DNA of 63,744 nt, filler included, from Octopus bimaculoides (GCF_001194135.2; 4 parts of 4 records of this genome joined end to end with filler, not necessarily neighbours in it); one strand, 5' to 3'. Counted from the whole stretch's first letter, positions 51,102 to 63,744 are shown. Notes: generated from the sequence alone by a model not told the origin. Numbers and translations: made by a program.

Positions 51102-52643
51102 TTCTTCCCTTCTCTCTATCTGTATGTCAAGCTATCTACCTTTCTAAATATTTACATGATATGTGCCTGTCTTCAAATATATTTCCGTCTGTTTATAGAG
51201 ATGAATGACGTCATATAATCTGCTGTGCGTTTGCAATGCATCTCTCTTTATCCCCCTCTTTCTTTCTCTCATCTCTTACCAATCATTATATGTGTGTATA
51301 CGCGTGTGTATATGTGTGTTGTAATAAACCCACGATTGTGTTTAATTTTATTATTTTTCTTTATTTGTTTCTGTGTTTTATGAGTTCTTTGAAGTTTGTT
51401 AGGGAGAGTGATACATTTAAATCAAGCCTCAACGTTTGAACACCTTTCATAGTCTCAGCTTCAGAATGAAGTGCAGTTGGTGCATATTATTGCAGCTTTA
51501 TTACGAGCAGGAGCAACGGGGTTGGTGAAGACAATATTACAGGAATCTTGATTTAGACTTTTAGATATAAATCTAACAGTTTGAATCAGTTATACCTCGT
51601 CAAATTAGCGTTTAAATTTTGTTCACGACTCGTATGTATCACCTATACGTTTATTTTGGTGTTGTGTACTGCGTTACGTTGGATTAAACATTAAGCAAAA
51701 TAATTACGTGATTAGGACATCAAGGAAACGGTGAGGGTGACCACAAAAAAGGTAAGTGGCTTACGGCACAAAAGAAATCACTTTAAACTTGCTGAAATAA
51801 TGTTCGGGATGTCTTATCTCTACTAAGTCTAGAAGTAAATGTGTTACGTATGATTAATTTTGATCACAGCCTTCGCAAATGAAAAAAGTAGGAGAAAACT
51901 TATCAAATATAAAGTGGAAGAATACAAAAAATAAACATTATTTTCCATCTAACTGTTAGTCTTGTTTCATTTTGATAAATAAAAAAATATATATACTACG
52001 GTTTATTATTATTCTTTTTTACATATATATATTATGTATGGATACACTAAAAACTTCTGCGTGCTTAGGTCCACTACATTAAACCCTTATACTTATAAAG
52101 AAATCTACTGAATAGATATGACCCCGTTCCAGGGGCGGAGATATATTTAATAAATCAGGAATTTATGGTCTAGGGTGTTTGCTCTACATGTATTTGTCTG
52201 CGTTTGTTCATGTATATGCCACCAGCCACACTCGCCACTCTGACCTATTTCTCTTGGTTAATTTCTGTTTAAATCATACTAATTACCTAAGTCTCCTTAT
52301 ATATATATATGTCTAACTCCCTTTGATACTGGAGATAAGGTTGGACAATTGACGCCCTTGAAAGAGAAACAGGTGACCACAACTTTCTACCTAATTACCT
52401 GCCGATTTTCTTTACCAGCACATCAAATTTGGAGACCATGATTCTTGAGATTATTTTCCCTTTACATATTGAGCCAGAGTCAACCAGTATTTTGGTATTT
52501 GATAATTGAGATATTTCCTCAAGCGGTGCAGATAATTTTATTAAATCAAAAAATGTGGTTTTTCGCCGACCGAGTAAGCTATAAGATGATGTACAAGCGC
52601 TTAGCTTCAGACATACGCACAGACACAAGCACACACACACATA

Positions 52644-52714
<71 letters not shown>

Positions 52715-52724
52715 ATGTATATAT

Positions 52725-53120
52725 ACGACGGGCTTCTTTCAGTTTCCGTCTACCAAATCCACTCACAAAGATTTGGTCGGCCCGAGGCTATGGTAGAAGA
52801 CAATTGCCCAAAGCGCCATACAGTGGGACTGAACCCGGAACCATGTGGTTCGTAAGCAAGCTACTTACCACACCGCCACATTAAAGATTTTTGATATTTT
52901 CCTATCAGAAGGCGGTGAGCTGGCAGAAACGTCAGCACATCGGGCGAAATGCTTAGCGGTATTTCGTCTGCCGCTACGTTCTGAACTCAAATTCCGCTGA
53001 GGTCTACTTTGCCTTTCATCCTTTCGGCGTCGATGTATTAAGTACCAGCTGCGTACGGGGGTCGATCTAATCGACTGGCCGCCTGCCCCAAAATTTCGGG
53101 CCTTCTGCCTTGAGTAGAAA
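52725..53120. mobile_element. SINE family B (minus) adjacent to SINE family A (plus)
   Basis: Homology to the other copies in the window. Confidence 0.85.
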
Positions 53121-54007
53121 AAATACTTTCCTATTGGTTTCTTGATGATTTGAAAAAATAAAGTTTCTAAATCCATCTTCTAAATTTACACACCGTCACA
53201 GTCCCATTTTCAAGAAACGAAATAGATTTGGCGTCAGCGTTGCTTTTCATAGGTTGGACGAATTTTTGTAGACTTCTTATAAAAATATTTTTGACCGTTA
53301 AGCGTCTACGTCAGCAGTCACATGGTCATTTCTTTTGCAGTGATTAAACTCGTTATTCTTTTAAACCCCAGATTTTTATATCACACGTTAAATTGTCGCT
53401 TTGTGTTGCTTGCGTGTGTATTTGGGTATTTTGCTCTGATACGAGCTTGCTTTCCATGATTAATCTTCAAATTTTGTGCTATTTTTACAAAGTATGCAAG
53501 TTTTATCCTCTAGTATTTTTCTATTTAACTGTGCTTTTTTGTGCGTGCTATAGAGTGTTCTGATTGATCTTTGTTGCATGCTGTTAGATAATACTTAATA
53601 ATATAATATCCCCCACAAAAAAATATACGGTTAATCATAGAAGCCATACTCATATCGCATCACAATACCAAAATAATTTCGAAAACATCACATGAAAAGT
53701 CAACACGTGACTACTAACATGAAAATGTAGCGTTGAAAAAAAAATGACCACAACAAATTAACATGTGACTGCTGACGTGAAAGCCAAGTGGTAAAAGAGA
53801 AATTTGGTGGGAAAGTCTATAAAAATTTGACCATTATTCAAGAAGAAGAAATGTAGACGCCAAAAGTATTTCAATTGTTGAAAATGAGTTTGTGAAGGTG
53901 TGGAAATGTAGAATAGGGGTTTAGGAAATTTATAGTTCGAAACAAGAAACTGATACGAAAATACGAAAGTCAGTGGGATGTTTATGTAGTTCGCATACCA
54001 GTCTATA

Positions 54008-54072
<65 letters not shown>

Positions 54073-54297
54073 GTATCTAATTATCTATCTGTCTGTCTAC
54101 CTGTCTGTCTACACCCCTCCCCAAACACACACACATATTGCCCGATATGGTCGTGACTTCTTGAACCTGACTGAGGAAAGAAAGTCACGAATGTCCCGTC
54201 TTTTTTTGCCTGTCCTTCTAATTGGTGTTTCTCTTGTCCGCCCTTGTATCGTCTATCTGTCCAAATGTTTTAATGTCCTCTATTGCGTTTTTGTTCC

Positions 54298-54329
<32 letters not shown>

Positions 54330-54539
54330 ATATGAAAATTTTATCCATAACTGTTAGTCTGGCAGACTGTAATAGTCCAACAAAATATATTTTGTTAGAC
54401 TAGCGATTATGGACTAAATATTGTATTCACCCTCCGACTTATATTTCAGTTCTTTACTTTAAGTGGTCGGACATAGCTTCTTTTGAACCAGTTATTTCCT
54501 GAAGTAAACATACATACATACATACGTACATATATTTAA

Positions 54540-54885
54540 ACATAACAGGCCGGATATTGTTGTTTGGGACAGAGGGGCAATGCTGTGTACCATCTTAGAG
54601 GTCAGTTGCTCTGCAGATATAAGTACCTCTTTGAAAATCAAAGAAAAAGAGGATATCTATGGGAAACTGCTTCGAAACCTCCAGCTTCTATATCGAGACT
54701 ATGAATTCATATTCATACCAATAATAATTGGATTACTAGGTTTTGTTAGTAAATGCTTAAAGGAGTATTTTGATAAACTATGATTTTCAGAAAGAGAAAT
54801 CGACCGGCCTAATTCGTACGAGTCCAGTCTGTGAGTGGAACAGTAAAAATATGCAAGACCTTTCTAAAGTTCCAAATGTGAATTT
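54540..54885 (+). mobile_element. RLE-type LINE C-terminal endonuclease fragment
   Basis: NRPDIVVWD...CTILEVSC.AD....KIKEKEDIYG.L.RNLQLLY...FIPIIIG.LG. Confidence 0.85.
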
Positions 54886-55039
54886 GTCTGTGTTAATTAC
54901 ATCCCAAAAATACAACCTGGTATCTTTGTTGGAAACCGGCTCCCTCCCCAGCGGCAGATTTATAATAATTAAAAAATAGAAGTGACATACATACATAACG
55001 CATACATGCAGGGCGTCGAATATAGACACGTTAGCATAG

Positions 55040-55650
55040 AGGACTATTACTTACACTGGTAAATGAATCTCCTGTAATTTTTGCCATTGATAAATGAAAT
55101 CGTTATCTTCTTTGAGTAAATGCAAAGAAACCGCCTATTTTCAAAATATCGTAGCAATAATCAAGCTGTAAAATATAAACCAGGTGGGAAATTACTCTAC
55201 ATACACTAAGGCCACGAAAGAAGCTTGATTCAGCTGTTGTGGATCGTGGAACTATCGAGAAAAATTCCACTGGACTTTTGAACTGAACCATGACTTAAAC
55301 GAGTTCTGCAGAAAGACTAGGGAAGATCGATGGATAGGCTACATGAAGAGACCTAATGAAAATTGGGATAAGAAATACCCAACATACTAAAAATTATCTG
55401 CTACATTTGCTGAAAATAAACACGCCACTCTAATAAAGGGAATCACACAGCCAAAATGTACAATTGCAAATATCCGTGTTGACAACACAGTAAACGTCTT
55501 CCGTGAAGAGTCTGTCAACGACAAGAAACACGACCAAGATGAACTCAACAATAACAAACCGCCGCTTCTACACAGACCTGGGATAACCGCTGATGATAAA
55601 AAAACAAAACAAAAACAAATGAGGAATATAAAATACTAAAATCACAGCTT
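55040..55650 (+). mobile_element. Probable N-terminal ORF region of an RLE-type LINE, decayed
   Basis: ~180 in-frame codons with few stops, including HWTFELNHDLNEFCRKTREDRWIGYMKRPNENWDKKYPTY. Confidence 0.5.
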
Positions 55651-58544
55651 GCATCGAAGATTAAATATAACTTCACTACTTCTATACATAAGGCACTGCA
55701 TGACAAAAGGATATTGAAATGAGTTGGAAAAAAACCCCATCGATTTGATGTTTCTGATCGAGAGCTAGTCTGTGGTAACCATCAGCACTAGTTATATGTT
55801 ATACCTACTGACTAGAAATAACAGCTAGGTCACTTTAGAGCCTACTATAAAATCTACTGTCATAAATGTGCAGAAGAAATACTGGGTTATATAATCCAAG
55901 ATGCCCTTAAATAGACAAGATTTGAAGGGCTGGAATGGCTTTCACTATAGCTCGACACAAACGGAGTTTACCTGAAAATAAACAACAACAAAAATAAAAT
56001 GGGAAAAAAACTCACACTTTCAAAGTTAAACTATTGTACCCCTGCCTATGGTTTATTGGGTACCTACCATTGTGTAGTTAGAACATCATAACGTCTTTGT
56101 TAAATGATGCAAATGCGAATGCCATAAAAATGTATTTTGAAAAATATGATTTTAAAAGACATATATTCATTTTACACTCTGCTATAGAAAACCATTGAAT
56201 ATTTCTTCTGTTTGAAGAGAATCTTCAAATATAGTGGAACTGTTAGGAACACTTGCTAGTTACACAGAACAGCGCTACGTTGAGATCGCTTACAAACTCC
56301 TCTTACCCGTTAACACAGACACGTACAGACACATGCATAAACGCATTCACAAACACACACACGCTTACATACATCCATACACATACACGTACACTATTTT
56401 TGATTGCATATTTCTTTTATTGACACGATGATATATAAAAACGACCTGATCTATTTTGATTGTTGCCTTCGTTTCTACTTTCATTTTTCACATATTTTTA
56501 CATATATATTTAGAAAATTTGTCAAATGTCGAAATACAGACGAACGTTCGAAGAGCTTCTACGGATTTAAGCAGGCCATCATTTTTTATACATACATACA
56601 TACATACATACATACATACATACATACATACATACATACATTCATATATATGTATGTGTGTGTGTATATATACATATATATATACATACATACACACATA
56701 CATATATATATATACCATATATATATGCATGTATATACATATATATATATACATGCATACATACATGTATAGATACGTACATACATGCACATATATAGAT
56801 ACTTATATATTTACATATATACACAGACAAACACGCACACACACATATATATAAATACATACACACATAAATGTACATCACACGCATATATATTTATATG
56901 TATGTATGTGTGAATGTATGTATGTGTGAATGTATGTATGTATGTATTGATAAATTACTCCTGCTTAGCAATGGTTCCTTTGAAAACTACTTGGTGTGCA
57001 AACAACATTTATACCATAAAAAAAGAGATAACTCGGTATGGGAAAAACTGACATGAATATATAATGAGCGCTTCGCTTTATACCAGTTCGCTTTTTAATC
57101 TTGAAATGGATAGTTTTATCAATGTTCATAAGTTCTGGCAAACTTCATATGGTCACGTCAAAGAGATGGGAATTGTTTTGAAGGGAAAACTTAGTAAAGA
57201 AGGTAAATAGATATGAGAGGAAATGGAGAAAAAAGTATTAAAGATAGTGAAAGAGAGAGATAGAGAGAGAGAGAGTGCAAGGTAGAAAGAGTACGAGTAG
57301 TGGAGAAAAAGAATTAACGAAATGAAGAGAAAACGGATCCATTAAAATGGTCCTCTTGGCTTTTGCCAGCAAAAATCAGTGACATATCATTGTTATCTCA
57401 GTCGAAATTAACGGATGGCTCTCTAATTTGATGATCATTAAATCCTCTAGATAAAAGTTATCCGCGTTTTTCTGTCCCTATATATGTCTTTCTTCCTTTC
57501 TCTTACACTTTATGCACTCTTACTCCCTCTCTTTCCTAACTCTCTCTCCCCTCCTCTCCACAGTTAAACCATGACATAGAGAAATCAATTCTTCCTGGTC
57601 ACTAAGCTATTTCTACATTGTAAGCCATATACAACGTCAACGTAAATTCTGTGCATACAAAATTAGGAAATAAAAGAAGAAGAAATAAAATGTGAGCGAT
57701 ATGTCTACAGAACGTATAGAACTAAATGCCCCAGCGACCATTTCTTTTTTATTTCACCCTATCAAATCGCTGATTCATTTTTCTAGTCCACTGTAGCTCA
57801 CCTATTAAAACTACCTTCAGATCAATTGTCTTTTCTTGTTTTTCTTTATTTGCAACTAATTCGTTGGTTCAATTATTTCGAACATTCACTTTAGCTGGCT
57901 TCTTTTGTCAACGATATAATATTTAAAGGATATTGAACAAAAGTTGGCTGTTATTATTACTATTGTACTTCTTTCATTTATTCGGCCTCGAGGGCCTATT
58001 CATAAATCTAACGTCTTACAAAAAGAAGATATTGAGACATGCGTGAAAAGTACATATACAGTTACTCTAAAATAGAGGACGCGCAGCGATGACCTTATAA
58101 AATTTATGGAGACATTAAAATTTGCTAAAATAAACACAGATAAAATACATAAAAAAAACATATACATGTGCATATATAAATATAGATAAAAGAACATAAA
58201 TAAAAAGAAATAGGTGTAAGCCATTCAGATACAAGTGAGAAGACAGCACATGAGTTAATCGCAGGACCCCATGATCCTGGTCGCCTTCAGGTTCTATGTA
58301 CGCTGCAGCCATCTATTAGAAGTGTTTAGTTATGAAAAGGCCCGTAAGCCACTCAAATGTTGATGTATGTAAGAAAGAGTCTATTCCCACCTTGTAGATA
58401 AAGTGTAACAATTCATAGATTTGTAAATTATTTTTTATTAGAAGTCTTTTGCTTGTGTATCTCACATAATGGAGACCCTTCTCCTTCTCAGCCGGCTCAT
58501 TAGATTTTCCTTTGTCAAATGTTCGTTCACATTATTCAGCAGTT

Positions 58545-58770
58545 CTAAGGCGGAGAACTGGCAGAACCGCTACAGCGCCGGGGGAAAATGTTTAGCGGCT
58601 TTTCGTTCGTCTTTACGTTTTAAGTTCAAATTTCACCGAGGTTGACTTTGCTTTTCATCTTCCTGGGGTCGATAAAATAAGTACCAGTTGAGTACTGAGA
58701 ACGATGTAATCAACTTACTTTATCCCACGGATTGCTAATCTTTTGCCAAAATTCGAAACCAATATTCATT
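58545..58770 (+). mobile_element. SINE family A
   Basis: taaggcggagaactggcagaacc... homologous to the other copies. Confidence 0.8.
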
Positions 58771-59292
58771 AGTTCTTTATTAGCTTTAGAAAGAATTTTG
58801 GGCTTTATGCAGATCTAGAGGGATGGGCTCCAGCTTGGATCTCTTACTTTTCGATGAGGTACATTTTTTGAAGTTATTTCTTCTTGTTTTCTTTTCTGTT
58901 GTTTTATGATACATCTCCTCATCGTAGTTTTGCAATGAAAACGTGCTGTCACTGCTTCTATCCGAAGAAACAGCTTCTGGTCGTTATCTTCCCGACCGGT
59001 GGATAATTTAATCCTTAGTCTCGGAGTCGCAACTGGGGGTGTGAGGGATGTTGACTCGCGTTGCTTGAATTCATTTTTTCCTCTGTCTTTCCTACTCCTC
59101 TTGCTAGAAAGATCTCAAAATTTTTCTTACTACTAATCGTATAATTTCTGGGACTTCTACTCCGTGTAGCCAGTTTTCACCTTTCTCTCTGAACACCAAA
59201 TGGAGTACATCTCTGAGATCTTTCAGTTGTCACCAGATCCTGCATGGCCTCCACAGTCCACCTAGCTCTATGTCGTTTTCCGTCATATCTTT

Positions 59293-59675
59293 GTTGGCAC
59301 TCCGTCGCTTACGACATCGAGGGTTCCAGTTGATCCGATCAACGGAACAGCCTGCTCGTGAAATTAACGTGCAAGTGGCTGAGCACTCCAAAGACACATG
59401 TACCCTTAACGTAGTTCTCGGGGATATTCAGCGTGACACAGTGTGACAAGGCTGGCCCCTTTGAATTACAGGCACAACAGAAACAGGAAGAAAGAGTGAG
59501 AGAAAGTTGTGGTGGAAGAGTACAGCAGGGTTCGCCACCATCCCCTGCCGGAGCCTCGTGGAGCTTTAGGTGTTTTCGCTCAATAAACACTCACAACGCC
59601 CGGTCTGGGAATCGAAACCGCAATCCTATGACCGCGAGTCCGCTGCCCTAACCGCTGGGCCATTGCGCTTCCACT
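59293..59675 (-). mobile_element. tRNA-derived SINE (family D head, family C tail) with 11-bp TSD
   Basis: Flanked by gtcatatcttt at 59282-59292 and 59676-59686. Head nearly identical to 28700-28871. Confidence 0.9.
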
Positions 59676-60087
59676 GTCATATCTTTACTCACCACATATC
59701 CGTACTGTGTTACAAAGGTTAACAACGAAATAAAAGCCAGCATCACCGCCGATGTCGCTTGGTGTAGCCCTTATGTTACCTCATCCCATGTGCTGTAACA
59801 CCAGATTATAAACTGATGTGGGATGCATCAGTTCGATCAGTGTTTCTTTTAATTCGTTCTCGATTTTGAAAACCAAGGACGCACTTCCATATGTCCTAAA
59901 TTCATCAACGGAGCATTTGGCTGCCACACTACTACTAAGGAGTGTTAAAAGTATTACCTTAAAGCAAATACAGTTTTATATTTAAGAGATGAGGAATTAT
60001 TTACATTATTTACATTTGACGGATATTTGTCCTCATCTTGTTTGTTGTTAACACAACNNNNNNNNNNCCTCATCTTGTTTGTTGTTA

Positions 60088-60131
60088 ACACAACGTTTCG
60101 GCTGATATACCCTCCAGCCTTCATCAGGTGT
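60088..60131 (-). ncRNA. Minimal type I hammerhead ribozyme (Penelope-type)
   Basis: Minus strand ACAC CTGATGA A GGCTG gagggtatat CAGCC GAAA C GTT GTGT: conserved core, stem II GGCTG/CAGCC, stem I ACAC/GTGT. Confidence 0.75.
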
Positions 60132-60216
60132 CTTGGGGAAGTTTCGAACCTGGGTTCTCACTCTTAAGGTATTTTTCGATATTATCATTATTATTGTTAT
60201 TATTATTATTATTATT

Positions 60217-60366
60217 CAGTAGTTTTATTTTTATAACGTGCTTTCACTTCACTACCGAGCGCAGCTCTGTGCGCCTTGGGTATGTGCTGTGGTTTGCTGT
60301 GGTGCTCTTATGTTTACTGTATTGAAAGTGTTTTGCGTAGGATGTGTGCAGTACCCAGTAGTGCAA

Positions 60367-60370
<4 letters not shown>
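60217..60370 (-). mobile_element. 3' tail of RLE-type LINE embedded between (AAT)n tracts
   Basis: Minus strand KIALLGTAHILRKTLSIQ*, then a 3' UTR (cagagctgcgctcggtagtgaagtgaaagcacg) matching the LINE end at ~61550-61600. Confidence 0.75.
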
Positions 60371-60412
<42 letters not shown>

Positions 60413-60414
60413 GA

Positions 60415-60490
60415 GGTCACTGCCTGGAATCGAACTCGGAATCTTGGGGTTAGTAGCCTGTGCTCTTAACCGCTACGCCATATGCCCGTG
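60415..60490 (-). mobile_element. tRNA-derived Pol III head (SINE-like), not a functional tRNA
   Basis: gggcatatggcgtagcggttaagagc...gctactaa...gagttcgattccaggc: A box and B box, directly followed by (AAT)n. Confidence 0.7.
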
Positions 60491-60560
60491 GGCTTTTTTT
60501 TAAAAAGTAACATCGAAAAATACCTTAGAAATGAGAACCCAGGTTCGAAATTTCCCTAAG

Positions 60561-60604
60561 ACACCTGATGAAGGCTGGAGGGTGTATCAGCCGAAACGTT
60601 GTGT
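60561..60604 (+). ncRNA. Minimal type I hammerhead ribozyme (Penelope-type), inverted second copy
   Basis: ACAC(60561) CTGATGA A GGCTG gagggtgtat CAGCC GAAA C GTT GTGT(60604). Confidence 0.75.
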
Positions 60605-60799
60605 TAACAAAAGACAAGATGAGGACAAATATCCATCAAATGTAAATAATGTATTACTTTAAAGGCATGAAGAAAACATCTACAGACTTTTTCATTAGCT
60701 GAACTTTCATAAATTTCTCAAGCAAGGACAGACACAGCTCTATGATATACTACTATCAAATCTTTCTCCGACTGAAATTCAAATAAGTGAAATAAGACA

Positions 60800-61610
60800 T
60801 GCTACGACTACAAATCACAAAGAATGACTATAAATGAAGAGAGAAAATGGAGGAAGGGGTCTGATAAATGTGGAAGACTACGAACATATCGAACTCAGAA
60901 GTTTACGGAGATACCTATCCCGTAGTAAGGAAACCTTGCTTAGTGTCAGTTAGGAATGAGGAAGTATTGAAAGCAGAAAAAAAGGGAAAACAAAGATGTA
61001 CAAAAAGCATATGGAGAGACATTACGCAACAAGGGACTACACAATCAATTCGATGTAGCGAGAAGTGAAGTTACCGGAAATCATAGGTGGGACTGACTGA
61101 AGAAAGAATCACTGAAAAAAGAAACCGAGAGCACCACGAAAAACATTTTCTAGAAGAACAAAGGACACGTGGAACTTACCACTTCGTGCATACACGGTGA
61201 TCAGAGGAAATTGTTTTATATATTAGTATCAATGACTGTCAGGAAAAGAAGTCTCCAGAATGGGCAGATCAGCTTCAACTGCGGACAGAAAAGAAATGGT
61301 AATAATGTCCAAATGTGTTAGGGAATAGAGATAACCATAATATAGTGGACTGAAAGAAGAAACAATACCAGTAATAACAAGTGGGTAGGAGCAGATAAAC
61401 GAAAATACAGACAAATGACTATGCAACATCTCTGAACTTGTATGGAAATTCATCGTAGAAAATAATGGTGTACAAGGCGCTGCCAAGAAGAGTATTTTCA
61501 ATGCTATGGGAAACACAAAACCCTAACAGAGTACTATACATACTCAATACGTGCAGAGCTGTGTTCGGTTGTGCTGTGAAAGCACGCGATAGAAACTATT
61601 GAAATAACAG
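60800..61610 (+). mobile_element. Heavily decayed RLE-type LINE 3' region
   Basis: Residual motifs and a 3' UTR homologous to 60217-60300 (minus), ending in (CAG/CAA)n. Confidence 0.55.
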
Positions 61611-62021
61611 CAGCAGCAACAGCAACAACAACACCAGCAGCAGCAACTACAGCTACTTCAATATGAAAGCTGGTTTGGCCTTTTCATATGATGAAAAAAA
61701 AAAGGTGAGAGGGAAAAAAATCACCTAACTAGAAACAGATTTCTCGATATGGCCGGAATATAAATAAAATAAATCAGTGCAGCAGTTATCTCTGTCAGAT
61801 GATGATGATGTCGATGATGACAATGATGATGGTGATGATGAGGATGATTTCGATGATGGTGATGACGAATACTTATGATGGTGGTGATAGTGGTGGTGGT
61901 GATAGTGGTGGTGGTGATAGTGGTTGTGGTGGTGATGAAGCGAACATGATTATGATGACAACATCAATGAAAATAAAGTAATAATCATACTAACAATAAC
62001 AACAGCAACAACAACAACAAC

Positions 62022-62071
<50 letters not shown>

Positions 62072-62216
62072 TGATGATAGGCGAAGACCTATCAGTTTGG
62101 CTATCTGTCTATCTACTTAAAATATCCAACGAGACTGCCCAAACCCGACCAGTTTTCAGAGGCGACGACCGGTAACCATTTTTTCACACACACACACACA
62201 CACGTACACACACACT

Positions 62217-62290
<74 letters not shown>

Positions 62291-62458
62291 CACTCATTCG
62301 TAGCCCAGTGATGATATCTCGTAANNNNNNNNNNNNNNNNNNNNNNNNNNNNNNNNNNNNNNNNNNNNTTAATTAATTAANNNNNNNNNNNNNNNNNNNN
62401 NNNNNNNNNNNNNNNNNNNNNNNNATATATATATACGTATATATACACACACACGCAT

Positions 62459-62503
<45 letters not shown>

Positions 62504-63316
62504 TCTATATACATTTATCCGACAGCCGCCCGTACAGCACCTTATCTTCCTGTCTCCTGACTGACATCTAGGTTGTGCCGTAAGGCTTTCACTCTACACG
62601 CCAGCTCAACCTAACTTGTCCTTATTAGTCGAATGGGAACCTGTTGTTCTCGTGTCTTTTCTATTTGGCAATTCGTATTTGTAATCGTGTAATATTTTCT
62701 CTGTTTCCTCGTGTTGTTGTCTGTGTTGTGGTACACAATCGCTTGCTTTTTTTTTTCCAAAGATTTAATGCTCTTAGCTTAGGTTTTTTAGGTCCCACCA
62801 ATTTTGAACAGTCTCAAACGTAACAGGCCGAAACTGTAATGATAATTGGAAACTTGACTGATGAACAGAAGGCCAATAATGATTCGTTCTGGTCTTTCCT
62901 GTCCGTCTTTGCATCGTCTATCTGTCCGTGTGTTTTATTGTCGTCCGTTACGTTCTTATCCCGTTTTTTTTGGGATATATATACGTATGTATAATTACAT
63001 GTATGTATGGTGTTGCAATAGTGAAGAAATCCGAACCTGAACCTGTCTGTTATATGTAAATTTTATTGAAATTCTCTTATTAAATTTATTTCCTCCTCCG
63101 TCCCCGAAACTTCCCACCCGCATCTAACCCCACCGTGATTAACCTTGATTGATTCACCCTAATTTATTCCAGAACATTTGGCCACACCCCTTCTATAATT
63201 ACTTTAATTACCATAACCACTTCCCTTGCAAAATAATAATTACCCCCCTGCTGTTGCATCTGGCGAGAAAACCTTATAACATATTAAATGTACGTATGTA
63301 TATTTCATCTATGTAC

Positions 63317-63378
<62 letters not shown>

Positions 63379-63709
63379 AGAACAAATAGTGAGGGATTAT
63401 CAATCCAGGCGAAATACTTCTCCAGCTCTCTGTTGGAATATACCAAACTAACAATATTACTTAGATTAGTAAAAACTCCAGGTAATCTTATGGCAGGGTT
63501 CAAGGTTATGGTCCATCGCAATTCTAAATTGTAAATCCTTGGATGGGCTCCAGACAAACTGGTTTTTACATAGAGTGAGGTATAAAAAATAATAGACTGA
63601 CAGAGTAAATCTATCAGTAATGCGCCTATAATGACCACTGGAAACAGCTGTAAGCCAAATTTGCTCCATAAAGGAAAAATATGTAATGACCATTATTTTA
63701 AACTTATTT

Positions 63710-63744
<35 letters not shown>

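Noticed and set aside
45712-51800. Two similar ~120-bp stretches (45712-45835 and 51680-51800), one with an aag|gtaagt donor
   Set aside because: No conserved open frame; best explained as a dispersed repeat terminus.
60030-60095. Direct duplication cctcatcttgtttgttgttaacacaac on both sides of a 10-N gap
   Set aside because: Typical unmerged contig overlap.
60415-60490. Possible genuine tRNA gene
   Set aside because: The acceptor stem does not pair and it runs into (AAT)n, so it is interpreted as a SINE head. The same applies to the heads at 13230-13295, 28790-28871 and 59600-59675.
62820-62900. GAAA and CTGATGA motifs suggesting a permuted hammerhead
   Set aside because: The stem II strands are not complementary; probably decayed Penelope terminal-repeat pieces.

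Overview
Eukaryotic, AT-rich, microsatellite- and transposon-dense scaffold segment with many N gaps. The SINE, Penelope, mariner and LINE repertoire suggests a cephalopod (octopus) genome; this is inference from recalled repeat families. The ORF track is almost entirely artefact (microsatellites, N runs, TE fragments). The main non-repeat signal is a tandem array of three + strand paralogues (A ~0.87-7.7 kb, B ~10.4-16.4 kb, C ~18.1-25.3 kb) of a small multi-exon gene for a secreted cysteine-rich peptide that the ORF track misses. Its layout is a TATA/CCAAT promoter with a non-coding exon 1, a signal-peptide exon, a middle exon, and a CxxxC...C-x4-CxC terminal exon followed by AATAAA. Copies A and B carry disabling lesions. 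Copy C has an intact promoter, signal exon and terminal exon, but an internally deleted middle exon. The second notable feature is near 60 kb: a tRNA-headed element carrying a Penelope-type minimal hammerhead ribozyme, with an inverted second hammerhead module beside it. The remainder is nested LINE, SINE, Tc1/mariner, Helitron and Gypsy debris plus a few unidentified minus-strand coding-like remnants.
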